This document shows positions 35,387 through 47,903 of a stretch of 64,000 bases of DNA, in pieces. The DNA comes from Podospora anserina. Lineage: Eukaryota. The translations under genes were made by a program, and so were the position numbers. Under the pieces are notes generated by a model that did not search any database, had not been told where the DNA came from, and saw only the letters and a list, made by a program, of their open reading frames with translations. The DNA is taken from assembly GCA_017654855.1 (NCBI GenBank), contig CM030338.1, positions 434,001 through 498,000 on the forward strand, written 5' to 3'. The number at the start of each line of letters is the position of its first letter. The stretch's first letter is position 1.

Positions 35387-35686
35387 TTACGAGAACTCGT
35401 TGTCAGCCTCCTCGATCTGGTTCTTGATCTTGACCAGCAGCTCCGTCTTCCACTTGTCCAATCGGCTCATCTGATCGTAGGCATAGAGCTTATCCGTAAA
35501 CACCTCCTGGTTGCCCGCCTCCACAGCCTCGATCAAGTCTGACAAGAGCTGGAACTCGCGCTGACCGCCAAACGAGGGGTCCTTTTCCCTGTATCGCTCA
35601 ATTTTGCGGCAGGCGCTGTCCAGATCCTTGGTAGCCAAGATGCAAATTCCAGCCTTGAAGAAGTACTCCATAACCGAGTACTTCAC
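35387..35686 (-). pseudogene. sec17: C-terminal fragment (~100 aa) of alpha-SNAP
   Basis: KYSVMEYFFKAGICILA...DPSFGGQREFQLLSDL...DQMSRLDKWKTELLVKIKNQIEEADNEFS matches the Sec17 C-terminus. An in-frame TGA lies a few codons upstream and no N-terminal exons are recognisable. Confidence 0.85.
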
Positions 35687-36618
35687 CTCGGGATTGTTTA
35701 ATCAGCCTTGCGCGTTGGGGAATGAATGTGACTATTCGAAGTGGAAATAAGGTGGCGGAAGAGAAGTGGTCTAATATTGGTGGTAGCCGGTTTTCTGGAC
35801 TGTCTGATATGATAAGATCCCTCGCTACTACCCCCTCTCGAGCCGGAAAACGTAAAGGAGTCGATAGGGCTTAAAAGATGACTCTAAAGGCCGACAAACG
35901 CAAGTAGATGACCAGCCGGGCGCTCTCCGGAGTAGATGTAAAAACCTTATTAATAACGATCTGTTGTCCGAAACTGAAACCTAGACATTTCATTATAAAT
36001 TGCGGCTTTCATGATGTCCAGGACTCCACGGCAGAATCGAAAAGATCGGTCTCATACCTGACTCGGTTGTTGGTCAAGTCGGTTGATTTGTTTGCATGTA
36101 GTTTGATAAAGAGGATGGATTGACGCAAGAGTTGAGGGAGAGGGAGAAATGAGTTTAACTTAGTTGATCTACCTGTTCTTGCCTGGCTAACTGGGTATGT
36201 TAGCACATCTGATCCTGTCTATGGAAAGCAGCGCCTGAACTGGGACGGCAGTCATTAAATAGAAGCGCAATAAAAGCAGGAAGACATCGTCAGGTCTGCA
36301 GAAGTCACGATCAATTACCGTTCAGACTTAAAATGCTAAGGCGGCTCGGGCGGTTCATGTTATAGATGTCAAGTAGGTGGGGTTGATCAATCCGATCCAG
36401 GTAAAATGCCTCGTCAACTATTTCTCCAGAAAAAGTTGCGAGGAAATTTCGTCACGCCCAAAATACATAGCCCAAACCAAAAATTATCAGGCTGGAAATT
36501 ACCACACCTCGAGGACTCGTAGAGCCCACAATAAATATCTGGCTGGCGGAACCCAACCTCTTCACATGTATTTTACCCTTACATCTCCCCTCGCACAAGA
36601 CACACCACAACGCACACT

Positions 36619-37137
36619 ATGGACGGGCCGCTCAAGATGAACGGGGCCTTGCGGGCATTATCACTAAAGGCCTGCCGCGAGAGCGATAATTGGGATCCGG
36701 TAACAGAAGGGCACACCTTCTCATACCAAGCAAAGGGTACCAAGGCACACGAAGACCTCGTCCTTCAATTCCTCGAGGATTATGTATGTATATACTGGAT
36801 GTTACGAAATACTCTGGCTAACATATTCATTAAGCATGATGACATCCAGCACTGGGAGGCTGGCTGTGAGATCGTCAGGCGAGGACCGTTTATGTTAAAA
36901 GAAGGAGGTAGGACAAAAGCAAGCGGCATGATCATCCCTCTCTTGGAGGACGACAGCGAGCTTGGCGCAGCTGAGAAAACTCTTGTCAAACTCATCAAGC
37001 TCCCGCCGTCTAAATTCGAAAGCGATGTTTCTTTCGGGTGGCAAGGGTGTGTCTTTTTGTCCGGTCAAGATAATAGAATCAAGGTAGAGAAAGGTAGTAT
37101 AAAGTTTATCCTGTTGCACGCTGTGCCCAAGAAGTAG
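36619..37137 (+). CDS. Orphan hypothetical protein, 172 aa
   Basis: ATG-initiated ORF with balanced globular composition. No family recognised. Confidence 0.45.
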   Translation: MDGPLKMNGALRALSLKACRESDNWDPVTEGHTFSYQAKGTKAHEDLVLQFLEDYVCIYWMLRNTLANIFIKHDDIQHWEAGCEIVRRGPFMLKEGGRTKASGMIIPLLEDDSELGAAEKTLVKLIKLPPSKFESDVSFGWQGCVFLSGQDNRIKVEKGSIKFILLHAVPKK

Positions 37138-37594
37138 GATACTATGGAAAGCACCAACACTGGGGAAGGGCAGGCTGTGGGGGATATGGGCAAGTTGTAG
37201 ACGGTGGGGAAGGGGTTAGGGACCTATGAAGAAGTTCACACAGGATACAGGGTTTCCAGAAGAATTAAAATCAGTCCCAGGCAGATTGAGTACCTCGTCG
37301 GAGAACCACTGATGGCCATGATTATCAAGATCAACCTCCATAGACCCAGCCGCGCCCATCGACAAACTGAGCTGTCCGGGATATTCGAGCTCGTTTCCGG
37401 CCTCCCACAAATCCCTCGCTCTAGCCCCGTCACCTAGTTGCACCTCGCCTAGTCCCTGATAATGGATCCCCAGAAGTGGCCTCATGGCAGTGTTAGGTGG
37501 TTGGGTGCCTGTCGTCTGCCGATACCCATCCCCACCCCCTTCCACATACCGTTCCTTTAGTAAAGGAATATATATCAAAAAACAATAAGGGTAC

Positions 37595-37867
37595 TGTGAC
37601 GAACCCCTATCCAGAACCTCTGAAAGGGATACCGGTTGAAGGCTCTTCTGAACAATCCTGGTTCGGTATAGCTAAACAGTGTATAACAAATGGCTTGTCT
37701 CAATCACAACAGTCTAGATACCAACGATTGTTACTTATATTGCATACTGCGGAACTGTCTATCTACACCAGCCAGTTCCTCCGTATATATAGACCAGTGG
37801 ACCGTGGACCGTTGACTTACAGACGGTCCTCGGTCCACTCCTGATTGGCCGATACTGGACCGTGACA
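37595..37867. mobile_element. Solo LTR without matching TSD
   Basis: TGTGACGAACCCCT...CCGTGACA termini, homologous to the two LTRs at 31.1-31.9 kb. The flanks GGTAC and CTTGC differ. Confidence 0.8.
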
Positions 37868-38886
37868 CTTGCTCGCAGGCCGCACTTCACGCAGGACAAA
37901 GAAAAGACACTATGGGCTTGCAGGCCACATAATAAGCACCGGATTGGCCTGATCAGAGGGCCAGAATTTCCTGCACGCGTGCAACGCACAAAATTTGAAG
38001 AAGTAAAAGTCGATGTCTTGTCTAAAATAGAATGTGAGAACCAGATAGCTTATATACATGACCCCTGAACCCCCCGAATCCTCCGAGAGCCCCACTTCCT
38101 CACTCATACCCTCAGGCTTGTAGCCGCACCCCCAACCAATATACGGGGTAGTAAGGACACGGGGGATGGGAGAGAAGAGTCGTGTGGTAGGTGGTAGGAC
38201 GGATGGAATGGCCTCTTTATGTAGCTAGAACTAGAAGAAGAAATGTCGCGCAGTAGGCAGGTAAGGAGTGACGGATCTTTTCATGTCAAAATGGCTACCA
38301 GGACCCAGAGTCCCCTAAAACGGAGAGCAATACGCTGGTGAGTCCATTTCTCGGTCCCCGTTTTGGTGGAGGAGTTGTTTGGGGGTCCCAAAAATGAGAC
38401 CCTCCCAATCCGACCCCATTTTCGTCCCTGTAGGAGAGGGAGGCTCCAAACTTGGACTATCAGGGCGTCGCGTAAAGTTGTCGTTTTTGGAGAATGGCGA
38501 GCGTAGTGAGCGTAGGGTGAGCGGTCGTGAGCTCAAGATGAGCAGAAAGTGAGCCGAGGGCGAAGCGAGTCTGATTCTGGGCTAACCATGTTTGGACGAG
38601 ACACAAGAAGTTTTAGAGACCGACTACCTAGGTAGGTACCTAGGTTGTTTTGGTGTCGAGAACGGTTGGATCTTGGGTGAATGGTGCTTTGTTTTTACCC
38701 CATGTGGAGGGCTGGAGAAAGGGCTTGAGTGACTTGCTTGGACCAATGTCTTCGTTGTCCGTGTTTGGAGTGAGCGGTTATTTAGATCTATGTCTTAAGG
38801 TGGTGATAGTTCAAGAAGAGAGTTGTGGCGTCTATGTCTATGGTGTGCTCTGCAGCATCGTACGAATTATCGAGAAATATTGATCA

Positions 38887-40592
38887 TCAGTCCAAAACCC
38901 TCAAGCTCCCTACAAACGGCCCGACCGACAGCCCCGACTCGGCCGCCCTTCTGACCAACAGCTCCTTCACCATACCCCTCTGCTCCGCAACCCCTATTTC
39001 CCCCATCATCAGCAGCGCCTTGAGTGCAACCGTAAGCGGAAAGATGGCAATATGACTCCCTGCCATCCCAGCTCCCTTCTCGAAAAAGATGGGCGCGGTT
39101 CTCATGATGTGCTTGCTGTCTTGCGTTATTGACATCCTCAGATCGCTTCGATCGATTCTTGAGACGTCGACCTGCAAGCCAGCAAGAGATTTTCTTACTT
39201 GCAGAATAAGAAGGGTGATCTTGATCTTGGTGGACCAGTAGAGACACATCATATGAGCAGTCGAGATATCATCGGCAGAAGGAGGGTCGTGTGATGTTGG
39301 ATAAGCCAGGTTTACTGGTCGAGGGTATGTTGATGATGAGAGAAAGGCTTTCCACAAAGGAGGCGCGTGGTTGTCGTACCATGATTGCAGCTGGCTGAGG
39401 ATGTGTTTGCACTTCCTGTTCAGCATCAGCAGCGCTTGTATCCCCACACTACTTGCGATCCTCGCGGGGGTGACATGGAAATGGAAGTGGTTCGGATTCA
39501 TCTCTAAAGCAACCTCAATCCTTGTCGCGTCCTCCAGACATCCTGGCAGGAGAACAAAGATATCAAGCAGCAGGTCCCAGCCTGTTTTCTTGTGGGAGCC
39601 TGTCCAGGGAACAGTGAGCCAGTCTTCTCTTGCGAGGATAGTAGACCGGTGTACGCCCACGGCGGCGATGGTGATGCTCAGGCGACCGTCAGCCAGCATC
39701 TGGTGTGCAATGCCCTCTTTGTACATCTCTGGGGATTGTGACTCGAGCAAAGCCAGCTCGCCGAACCGGTGACGACGCCAGGCATCGGCTTGGTTATATG
39801 ACATGAAGAGCGGCTCCATGAGCCCCTGTGGCTTGACGAGGGTGGTATCAGGACATGACGACGTCGACGCGGGGGCTAAGGGGTCGCTTCCGAAGAAAAC
39901 TTCATACAAGCTTAGTATGCGAGTCGTGGCTATTGTGGTGTCGTCTGGAATTTGTTTGCTCTGAGCTTGCATGGCGATCGATTTAGCCAGCCCACCGAGG
40001 GCTTCGTTGTAGGCTTTCATGCCATTTTGGATAAGATGTTGCGCTTTGAGACGTTGGCCAACCGTACCTAAACAGATGGCGAGAAAGGAGGTCTGGAGAA
40101 GGGGGCTGCTCTGGTAGCTTTTGTCAGAATGGACTTTCCGCAGCCAGCTTGTCGTTGATATGGCGTTACCCAAGTCTCGCCGAAGGTGTGAGCTGGGATC
40201 GTACATGTCCCAGAAAAGTCCAACGTAGTTGGATTTATAAGCGGAGGAGACCAAGCCGGGCGGGAGAAGAGTTACTGCTCCAATCTTTGCCTCCAAGGGA
40301 TGATTCTTGGTTCCATTCGCCGATAGGGCTTGCCGAACTAGAGTTGTAGCGACATCCTTCTTGGTGCCAGCTGTTGCAGGGCCGGAGTGGACAAACACAG
40401 TCTTGCGCTCGTAGCCATCACATTGGAGTCCTAGACGCCTGCATTGGCCACAGGAAGGGCGCTCGAAATCGCACTGATGACCGGTCAATACCAATGCGTG
40501 GCACGTGTGTTGGGGCATGTGAAAAGTCCTACCCCTTTCCTGCGCCGGCGACAGGTGTGGCATGCCTTCGAACGGCCCGGAACCCCAACCAT
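38887..40592 (-). CDS. Zn(II)2Cys6 transcription factor, one intron
   Basis: Exon 1 MVGVPGRSKACHTCRRRRKG is spliced to CDFERPSCGQCRRLGLQCDGY, followed by a fungal TF middle region (LSLYE, WLTVPW). Confidence 0.92.
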
Positions 40593-41181
40593 GTTAGCTT
40601 CTGTCTTCGGAGAGTGGAAAAATTGAATGCTTTCTTGTTTTGAGTCGGACGGCTGGGCGCAGAATGCTTCGAGAATGGGAAGTACGAGCTGTAATACTAG
40701 GTAGTTTTATTTATCAGCTTCGGTCTGGTGAGACGTTCGTAGGAAGCTTACGTCACAATCAAGCCGCTGTTACCCCCATGGGTGTCCGAGGCTGTCCAAT
40801 GACGATGAACCGAATCCCTCGTAAGTCCCGAAATGGAAGGATTTCGCGCCAATTCTGTTGGTAGTCCTATTAGAGCTGTCCTTTTTTGGCCGCCTGAAGT
40901 CCGAGGACTACGAGTCAAGGGCGATAAATACCAGGCAACGCATGTACGCATATCGGCCGTGTAGCAACAGATGAGACTTTGCAGGATCTTGGTGATGGGG
41001 ACTTCAGGTATGCATCCAGGCTCAAAGGCTTGGAAGCTGCAGCAGGAAGTATTAAAGCAGCATTGCCCTACCCAACAGTTTAGGTGCAAGGTACTATCCT
41101 CTCACACTCTTTGGAGGCTACGTTACCATCGAAGACCTTCAGCCGCACGCACATCGCAGCACAAAGCCACCCGTATCAAAA

Positions 41182-42366
41182 ATGTCGACCAAGGAAAAGG
41201 TGGCCGACGCGGCTCGCAAAATTTACAATCCCCTTGGTTTCAAGAAATTCTACAACTTTGTTCTATTCTTCATATTCGGTGGCGCTCTCCTGGGATTCAC
41301 TCTTGCTCGCTTCCAGTACCTCTCTTTTGACCATGGGTTGTGTCCTGAAGGGGGCGGGACTCTTGACTGGTATGGATTGATGTCTACATTAGGTATCCAA
41401 AGTGTCTGATGCACTTCTGGCTGAAACATACTTTAGCTATTACTACACACCCGGATCTCTCGACAAAATCGGCATCCAAATCCATCTCAGCGCCATCCTC
41501 CCAGCCTCATTCCTAGCCGTCTTCCAGTTCGTCCCCATAATCCGCTACAAGCTACTCCTCTTCCACAGAGTGAGCGGCTACCTCATCGTCCTCCTCTCGG
41601 CCATCTCCACAGCCGGCGCCCTCATGCTTGTCCGCAACGCCCAAGGCGGCCCGATGGAAATTCAGCTCGCCATTGGCGTTATATCATTCATGTTCATTGT
41701 CAGCATCGGTCTGGCTATATACAACATCAAGCGGCTCCAGATTGAGCAGCACCGCGCTTGGATGCTGCGGGCTTGGTCCTATGCTGGTTCCATCGTTACC
41801 ATGAGACTGGCCATGATGGCGATTGCGCATGTGTTGAGCACCTATGAGCATCTAGGCAAGGGTTATAGCCATGCCATACCCTGCGTCAAGGTCACGTACT
41901 TGATGTTTGGGCAGGTAGAACGGATACTGGAGAAGTACCCTGCTTGCGCGCAGTTCTTTGATGGGTCGGTGCCGGGACAGGCTGTTTCTGTGACGGCTGA
42001 CGCGAATGGTGACTTGGCAGAGTTGACTGCGTTGTATAACATGATTTTTGGGGCGGCCTTCTGGCTGGCGTTTGCTTTGCATGCAGCTGGGGTGGAGATT
42101 TATGTGAGTTCTTCTGTGTCATTATTTCAGTAGACCGAGTTGCTGACTATAGTGTTCAACAGCTACACCTCACACCGGCTGAGGCAGATAGATTACGAAA
42201 TGTCTCTTATCAGAAACAGCTTGAGGCTGGGATGAAGAAACCAGGGAGGGCTGGGCTGACAGCTGACAAACTGGGTGACGCACCCAGGTGGATTCCAAAG
42301 AGCAGAGTCTCTGTCTCTGCTCCGGGAAGTGGTGATGCTGCATCGAATGAGCATTTGGCCAAATAG
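41182..42366 (+). CDS. DUF2306-like multi-pass membrane protein, two introns
   Basis: KIYNPLGFKKFYNF; IHLSAILPASFLAVFQFVPIIR...HRVSGY; QIEQHRAWMLRAW; HAAGVEIY|LHLTPAEADRLRNVSY. Confidence 0.85.
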
Positions 42367-44453
42367 GTGTCGGGCTAACTGCCAGTTCGAACCTGCCCCG
42401 AGTAATTGCCTTACCTATAGAGTTCAGTTTGTTGAATTTATTCCTCATACAGCAATATCATGATACACCTTGTCCCCCATATACTGTGTGATTAAATACT
42501 TCTTTTGCTAGGTAGACGAGCTGAATCATGTGGACCGTACCTCCCTTACCACATACCACGCGCAACTCAGGGGTATTTCAGGGGCGAGAGTGGGTCAAGA
42601 CCTGACTTGGACCGCCAACAAAGATTGCCTGATTGGAGTTCTTCATCCACCCGGATTTTAACCAGGCACTGAGACGGAGTGTCATCTGGCTCCTGGAGTA
42701 ATGCTTTCAAACGCGATTTGGCTTCAGCATGGCGTTTCCGCTTCGTTCATTCTCATGACGTATTTTGGGCACCACACCGAAGCCTAATGGACGGATATTC
42801 GTGTTCTGTTTATTGTTTTGATCTGTAATGAGAAGATAGCTGCCCAAGTCAAGAAAGACAACTGTCATCATCAGTGGACTCTCGTCTCAAAGGCCTCTTC
42901 ACGGCGGGGTCCTTGTGTAACGACTCATCTGATGATGGATGCCATCCGCCAAGGAATGGCGCAATGCTACACCTGATTGGAAATTGGCAAACAGGCTGCT
43001 GGATGATTCGACCAGCTTTGTTTTGAGAGACAGATATCTCGGCAATGATGAGCCTGGCAGGGGGGGGGACAACACCGAGAGTGCCTACATGAGGGATCTT
43101 TCAGTCGTGAGAAGGCCACTGGAGAGTGTTCCGGCCAACGTCTCCCTAGATATGCTTATCTCCTGTGCATCGGCGATGGTTGACCTGGTCATGCATGGTT
43201 CATGATAGATAAGCTTCCAGGGGAGGAATTCCTAGCGTTATATTGTAATTCAGCTTCCAGAATAATTCTAGCGTGGGTTTGATACTCTTCCAAATCAGTT
43301 ATGAGCTTGTTCAGGAGAGGCATGAGGAATGTGAGATGCCAGGAATACGGGTTGTCTACGACCCCTATTTTCAAGCTGAACCTGTCGAGAAACCACAGAA
43401 GCAGTCTCTGCAGCTGTGATTGCTGGTGGGTGGCACAACATACCAGGTTGCACAAAATTACCTCTTGTGTTCAAAATGTGACGCCCGAAGCCGGTTGTCC
43501 TCCTTCCGTCTCTGGTCAAAAGCTGATGAGACCATCGCATCACGTGACCCTCGCCTCGCCGACCACGGCCCACATGGCACTGGTGCAAGTGCGCCAAGAA
43601 CCTTGATGAACAGCAACTGAGAGGAGATGCAGGCGAGAGCTGTCCCCCCTGGGGAATAGGAAATGTCGAGTGGAGAGGCATGAGTGAATCTTATGGGGAT
43701 GGCTTCATGGAAAATAGCACTCTTATCTCGACTTGGCGCGGCTTCCATGGGGGTTTTGGCTGTCAAAGGGCAAGGCTTGATGCCTCGGGGTCACTAACAG
43801 CAGCAACTTTTCCCCGCAACCAAAACTTCGGGTAGTGGAGTGGCCCAGCTGAGTGACACAGTGACAAGCGATAACGCCATTCTTGGTGCAAAGCACAGCA
43901 GGGACTCCACCCAACCCGATTTCGCCATTCTTCGAGAATCTTGCAACAAACCGCATAGCATAGCACCATATCGCAAACCCCCCATCCAGAACCGCTGTGA
44001 CCGCCACGCCCAGCTAGCTACAGCTCAACTCTGTCGCTAGGGCATCTTGGTAGATCCTTTTTCGGCGATATTTTGTTCTTTTACTCACAACTGAAACTGG
44101 TACCTGACCACTGCTCAGTCATCATCACCAACAAACATCGCCACTGGAACAACAGGTCTCTGCTTCTCTCTCTGTCTCTGCCTCTGACTCTGTGGAACCT
44201 CGCCCGAGACCCTGAGATTGCGAAGCAGCTGCCGCGCATTGCGTGCCACTGTGCCGTTTGGTTTCTGACGTCCCGATCGCTTGACCGCCCCGAGTTCCGC
44301 CTGGTCTTGGGCGCAGCGCAGCCCTCCAACAGCACTCCTGGCCCAGCACGCAATTTGCCCTCAGCCTGATAGATGCTGGCAAACGAGCCCAATGCCTGCT
44401 TGTCCCATTTAACTTTCTGAAGACGCAAGGACCACCGTTTGGTCGTGCCCCCT

Positions 44454-46783
44454 ATGGACCGCTCCTCTTCTAGCACGATCGCCTATGGTCGTCCACTGCA
44501 ACCAGGCTACTCTCCCCTCCAGCGAGATGGCATTCATCTCGATCCAAATGACGCCGAACCGGCTTACCTGCCAGTAGCAGATCACGCCACAACACCAAAC
44601 AAAACCTCCGCTCCTCCCCCCGTCGACCTCGACCAAGACGAGGATCCCCAACCTACCGACGCCGACACCGTGACCCCAGACACTGCCAAAAGCTGCGATC
44701 GTCTGCGGCCCGAGGAGGAAGAGAGGCTCCGTCCTCGAGACAGCATGACGAACATGTCGTCGTTATTAATAGGAAAGACGGTCACCCCCTTTCTCAGAGA
44801 ACACATCCCCAGTCTCTATGCTCCCATCGGCAAGCCAAACAATGAAGAGACGGCTCGGGCCAAGAACCCCAACACCAGATACTGCTACCGCCACCGGCCA
44901 GACTCCAAGTGTCGACGAGCTGCCGACGAAGCCAAGATGATTATGATCCAGAACGAGCTCGACAAGCTCACACCAGCAGTATGTCCTGACCTTTTTTTGT
45001 CGTTGTCCATTTTAAAGTTGCGGCTTATGGTTGGTCGTTATGATGGTCACCCAAATACTGACGAAAAGGGTATAGGATCAACAAGCCATCACCCACGTGT
45101 GGTCTCTGTTCTCTGCGGCCCCTGCCCGCCATCGCGAGCTCATGCTGCAAGGTGTCTTGTCACAGCTCTGCTTCCCCCAGCTTTCCCTCATCTCGAGAGA
45201 GGTCAACGAGGCCCTCAAGATCGACTTCATCACCGCCCTCCCCGTCGAGCTATCCCAGAAAATTTTGTGCTACCTCGACACCGTCAGCCTCACCAAGGCT
45301 GCTCAAGTCAGCCAGCGATGGCGCCAACTAGCCGATTCGGATGCTGTCTGGGTTTACATGTGCGAGCAACACGTGAACAGGAAATGCACCAAGTGCGGTT
45401 GGGGTCTACCTCTCCTGGAGCGCAAACGATTGCGCAACTATACCAGACAACGCCAAATGGCCAAGGACAATTCGAATGGCAGAATCGAGGAGATCCATGA
45501 TTCGGAAAACAGCGTCGTTACCCAGAACGGTAAGCGACTAGCCGACTCGTCTGACGATGAGCCAGATGGAAAGCGCCGCCGCGTCGACGAGTCCGAGTTC
45601 AAGCAGCGCAAGTGGAAGGATGTGTACAAGGATCGGTGGGAAGTTGGCTACAACTGGAAGGTTGGACGTTGCACCGTGCATACTCTGAGAGGTCACACCA
45701 ATGGCGTTACCTGTCTTCAACTGGATGACCATATCCTGGCGACTGGTTCCTACGACGCCACCATCAAGATCTGTATGTCGAGCTGTCTTCTTTGGTTGGT
45801 CTCACATGTATTAACAAGCTGCAGGGAATATCGAAACCGGGGAAGAAATTCGAACGCTTCGAGGGCACACACGGGGCATCCGCGCCTTGCAGTTTGACGA
45901 CTCCAAGCTGATCAGCGGCAGTTTGGACAATACTATCAAGATCTGGAACTGGCACACGGGCGAGTGCATCTCTACCTTGGCAGGCCATACCGACGGCGTT
46001 GTCAGCTTGCATTTCGAAGGCCAGCTGTTGGCGAGCGGCTCCATCGACAAGAGCGTCAAGATCTTCGACTTCAACTCGAAGGAGGCCTTCTGTCTCAAGG
46101 GCCACACCGACTGGGTCAACTGCACCCGGCTTGACACGGCTAGCAGGACAGTCATGTCGGCATCGGACGATACCACCATCAAACTATGGGATCTCGACAC
46201 ACGGCGGGTTATCCGGACGTTTGAAGGACATGTTGGCCATGTCCAGCAAGTCCTTCTCCTCCCGCCAGAATATGAACCTGATGATGAGCTGCTGAACGGG
46301 CTTAGTGGTCCCGGCGACAACTCGGATTCGGTGTCCGTTTCCAGCGGCCGTAGCGGGACTCCCACAGTTTCCTTCGTCCACACGGATCGCCCTACCAGCT
46401 CACCTGCGCGTGATGACGAACTTAGGGCACTCTATGGCGCTGGCTTCGAGTCTGAGACGACGCGCCCATTACCGGCCCGTTACTTCCTCTCGGGTGGCTT
46501 GGACAGCACCATCCGGCTGTGGGATAGCGCAACGGGCAGGTGTTTAAAAACAATGTTTGGCCATTTGGAGGGTATTTGGGCGCTGGCCGGCGACACGATT
46601 CGCGTCATTAGTGGGGCCAACGACGGCATGGTCAAGTGCTGGGAGCCGCGGAGCGGAAAGTGCGACGCCACCTATACGGGGCATAGGGGTCCAGTAACGT
46701 GTGTGGGTCTCAACGACAGCCTCCTGGCGAGCGGGAGCGAAGACGGTGAAGTGCGCCTTTATTCCTTCAAGGCTCCAAATTAG
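44454..46783 (+). CDS. scon-2: F-box/WD40 sulfur controller (SCON-2/SconB/Met30), two introns
   Basis: [18 protein letters not shown]-box [40 protein letters not shown]; multiple GH...WD repeats. Confidence 0.95.
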
Positions 46784-47708
46784 ACGGCGTTTTCAACAGC
46801 CACGCCACGGCCGCTTAGCGACAAGGCGACGGCGGGGTTTTTTTTTTGGTTTTTTTTGTTTTTTTATACTTTTTGGGAGGAGGGGCACACCGAAAAGGCG
46901 TTATCCTTGGTCTACTTTGGATGATACATATTACTTTTCTCTTTGTTTCTGTTTGCTCTGTGAAGCAAGTAGTGGGCATGCTTTGCGAGCCCTTCTTGCA
47001 GATGCGCGCATCAGAAAGCATCATTGTTGTGTGATGGGGAACGGGGACAGGATAGCACGGTTGGCTATGGGCATGTTTCCTGGGCGTATATTTTGTTTTG
47101 TTTACTTTGCGCGCATGGGCTCTGGGAAAAAGGGACACAAAAGCACTTTAGAAAGAGGCTTATTGGCATTTTCCACATCATCAGGCATGGGATGGATGGT
47201 AGGACGGAGTTTAGCTTGCTTTGCTTGTTTCGTTCATTCAGAGTTCAATACCCTCTACAGAAGAATCATATTATTATCGATTTTGAAAATATCTACACTA
47301 CCGGTATTATCGGGACTCGGAACGGTGTTAAAGCTGAAGGCCGGAGCGGTTCACAGCTGAGTCATGTGGTCCCCCGGGTTCTGCGGCGGCATTTCAGTGG
47401 GATGGCAGGGCAATGGCAAGGCAATGGCAGGGCAGGGCATGGCAGAGATGGCATGGCAGCAGCATGATGGCAGCGGGTTCGGCACAGACGCCCAATGACC
47501 TCGGCATTGCGCTGGTTGCAGACGTCGAGGGCGATCCCGGAAGCGTCCGAGTCTGCGGTTGAAAGAGTGTGGAGGGATTGTGGGGACTGCTTGCACCCCT
47601 CGCTGCAGCAAGCTTCCCCGCAGTATCACAAGCTCGGCTTGGAGTCGGTTATGGTAAATACGTCACTGGTAGATCACAAGCCAGTTCGGACTTTTGGGAC
47701 TGGGGGAG

Positions 47709-47903
47709 CACCCTTGCCACAAAATAATTGAGACACTGAAGTAGGTAATTTTGCCTTTGAAGATAATTTATAGGCCTTCAATGACAGTTAACAGGCTCTT
47801 AAAAGATTGTTCAAAGGCCTATTAACTTACTTTTTAAGGTATAGTTCATAGCATAATCTGGGTTAACTTACTTTAGTGTCTCAATTATTTTGTGGGCAGG
47901 GTG
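47709..47903. mobile_element. 195-bp MITE with CAC...GTG ends and 5-bp TSD
   Basis: TIRs CACCCTTGCCACAAAATAATTGAGACACT and AGTGTCTCAATTATTTTGTGGGCAGGGTG; direct repeat GGGAG at 47704-47708 and 47904-47908. Confidence 0.85.

Noticed and set aside
30860-37900. Starship/Enterprise element or full-length LTR retrotransposon around the Spok-like gene
   Set aside because: No tyrosine recombinase (DUF3435) captain, no gag/pol and no TSD shared by the outer LTRs.
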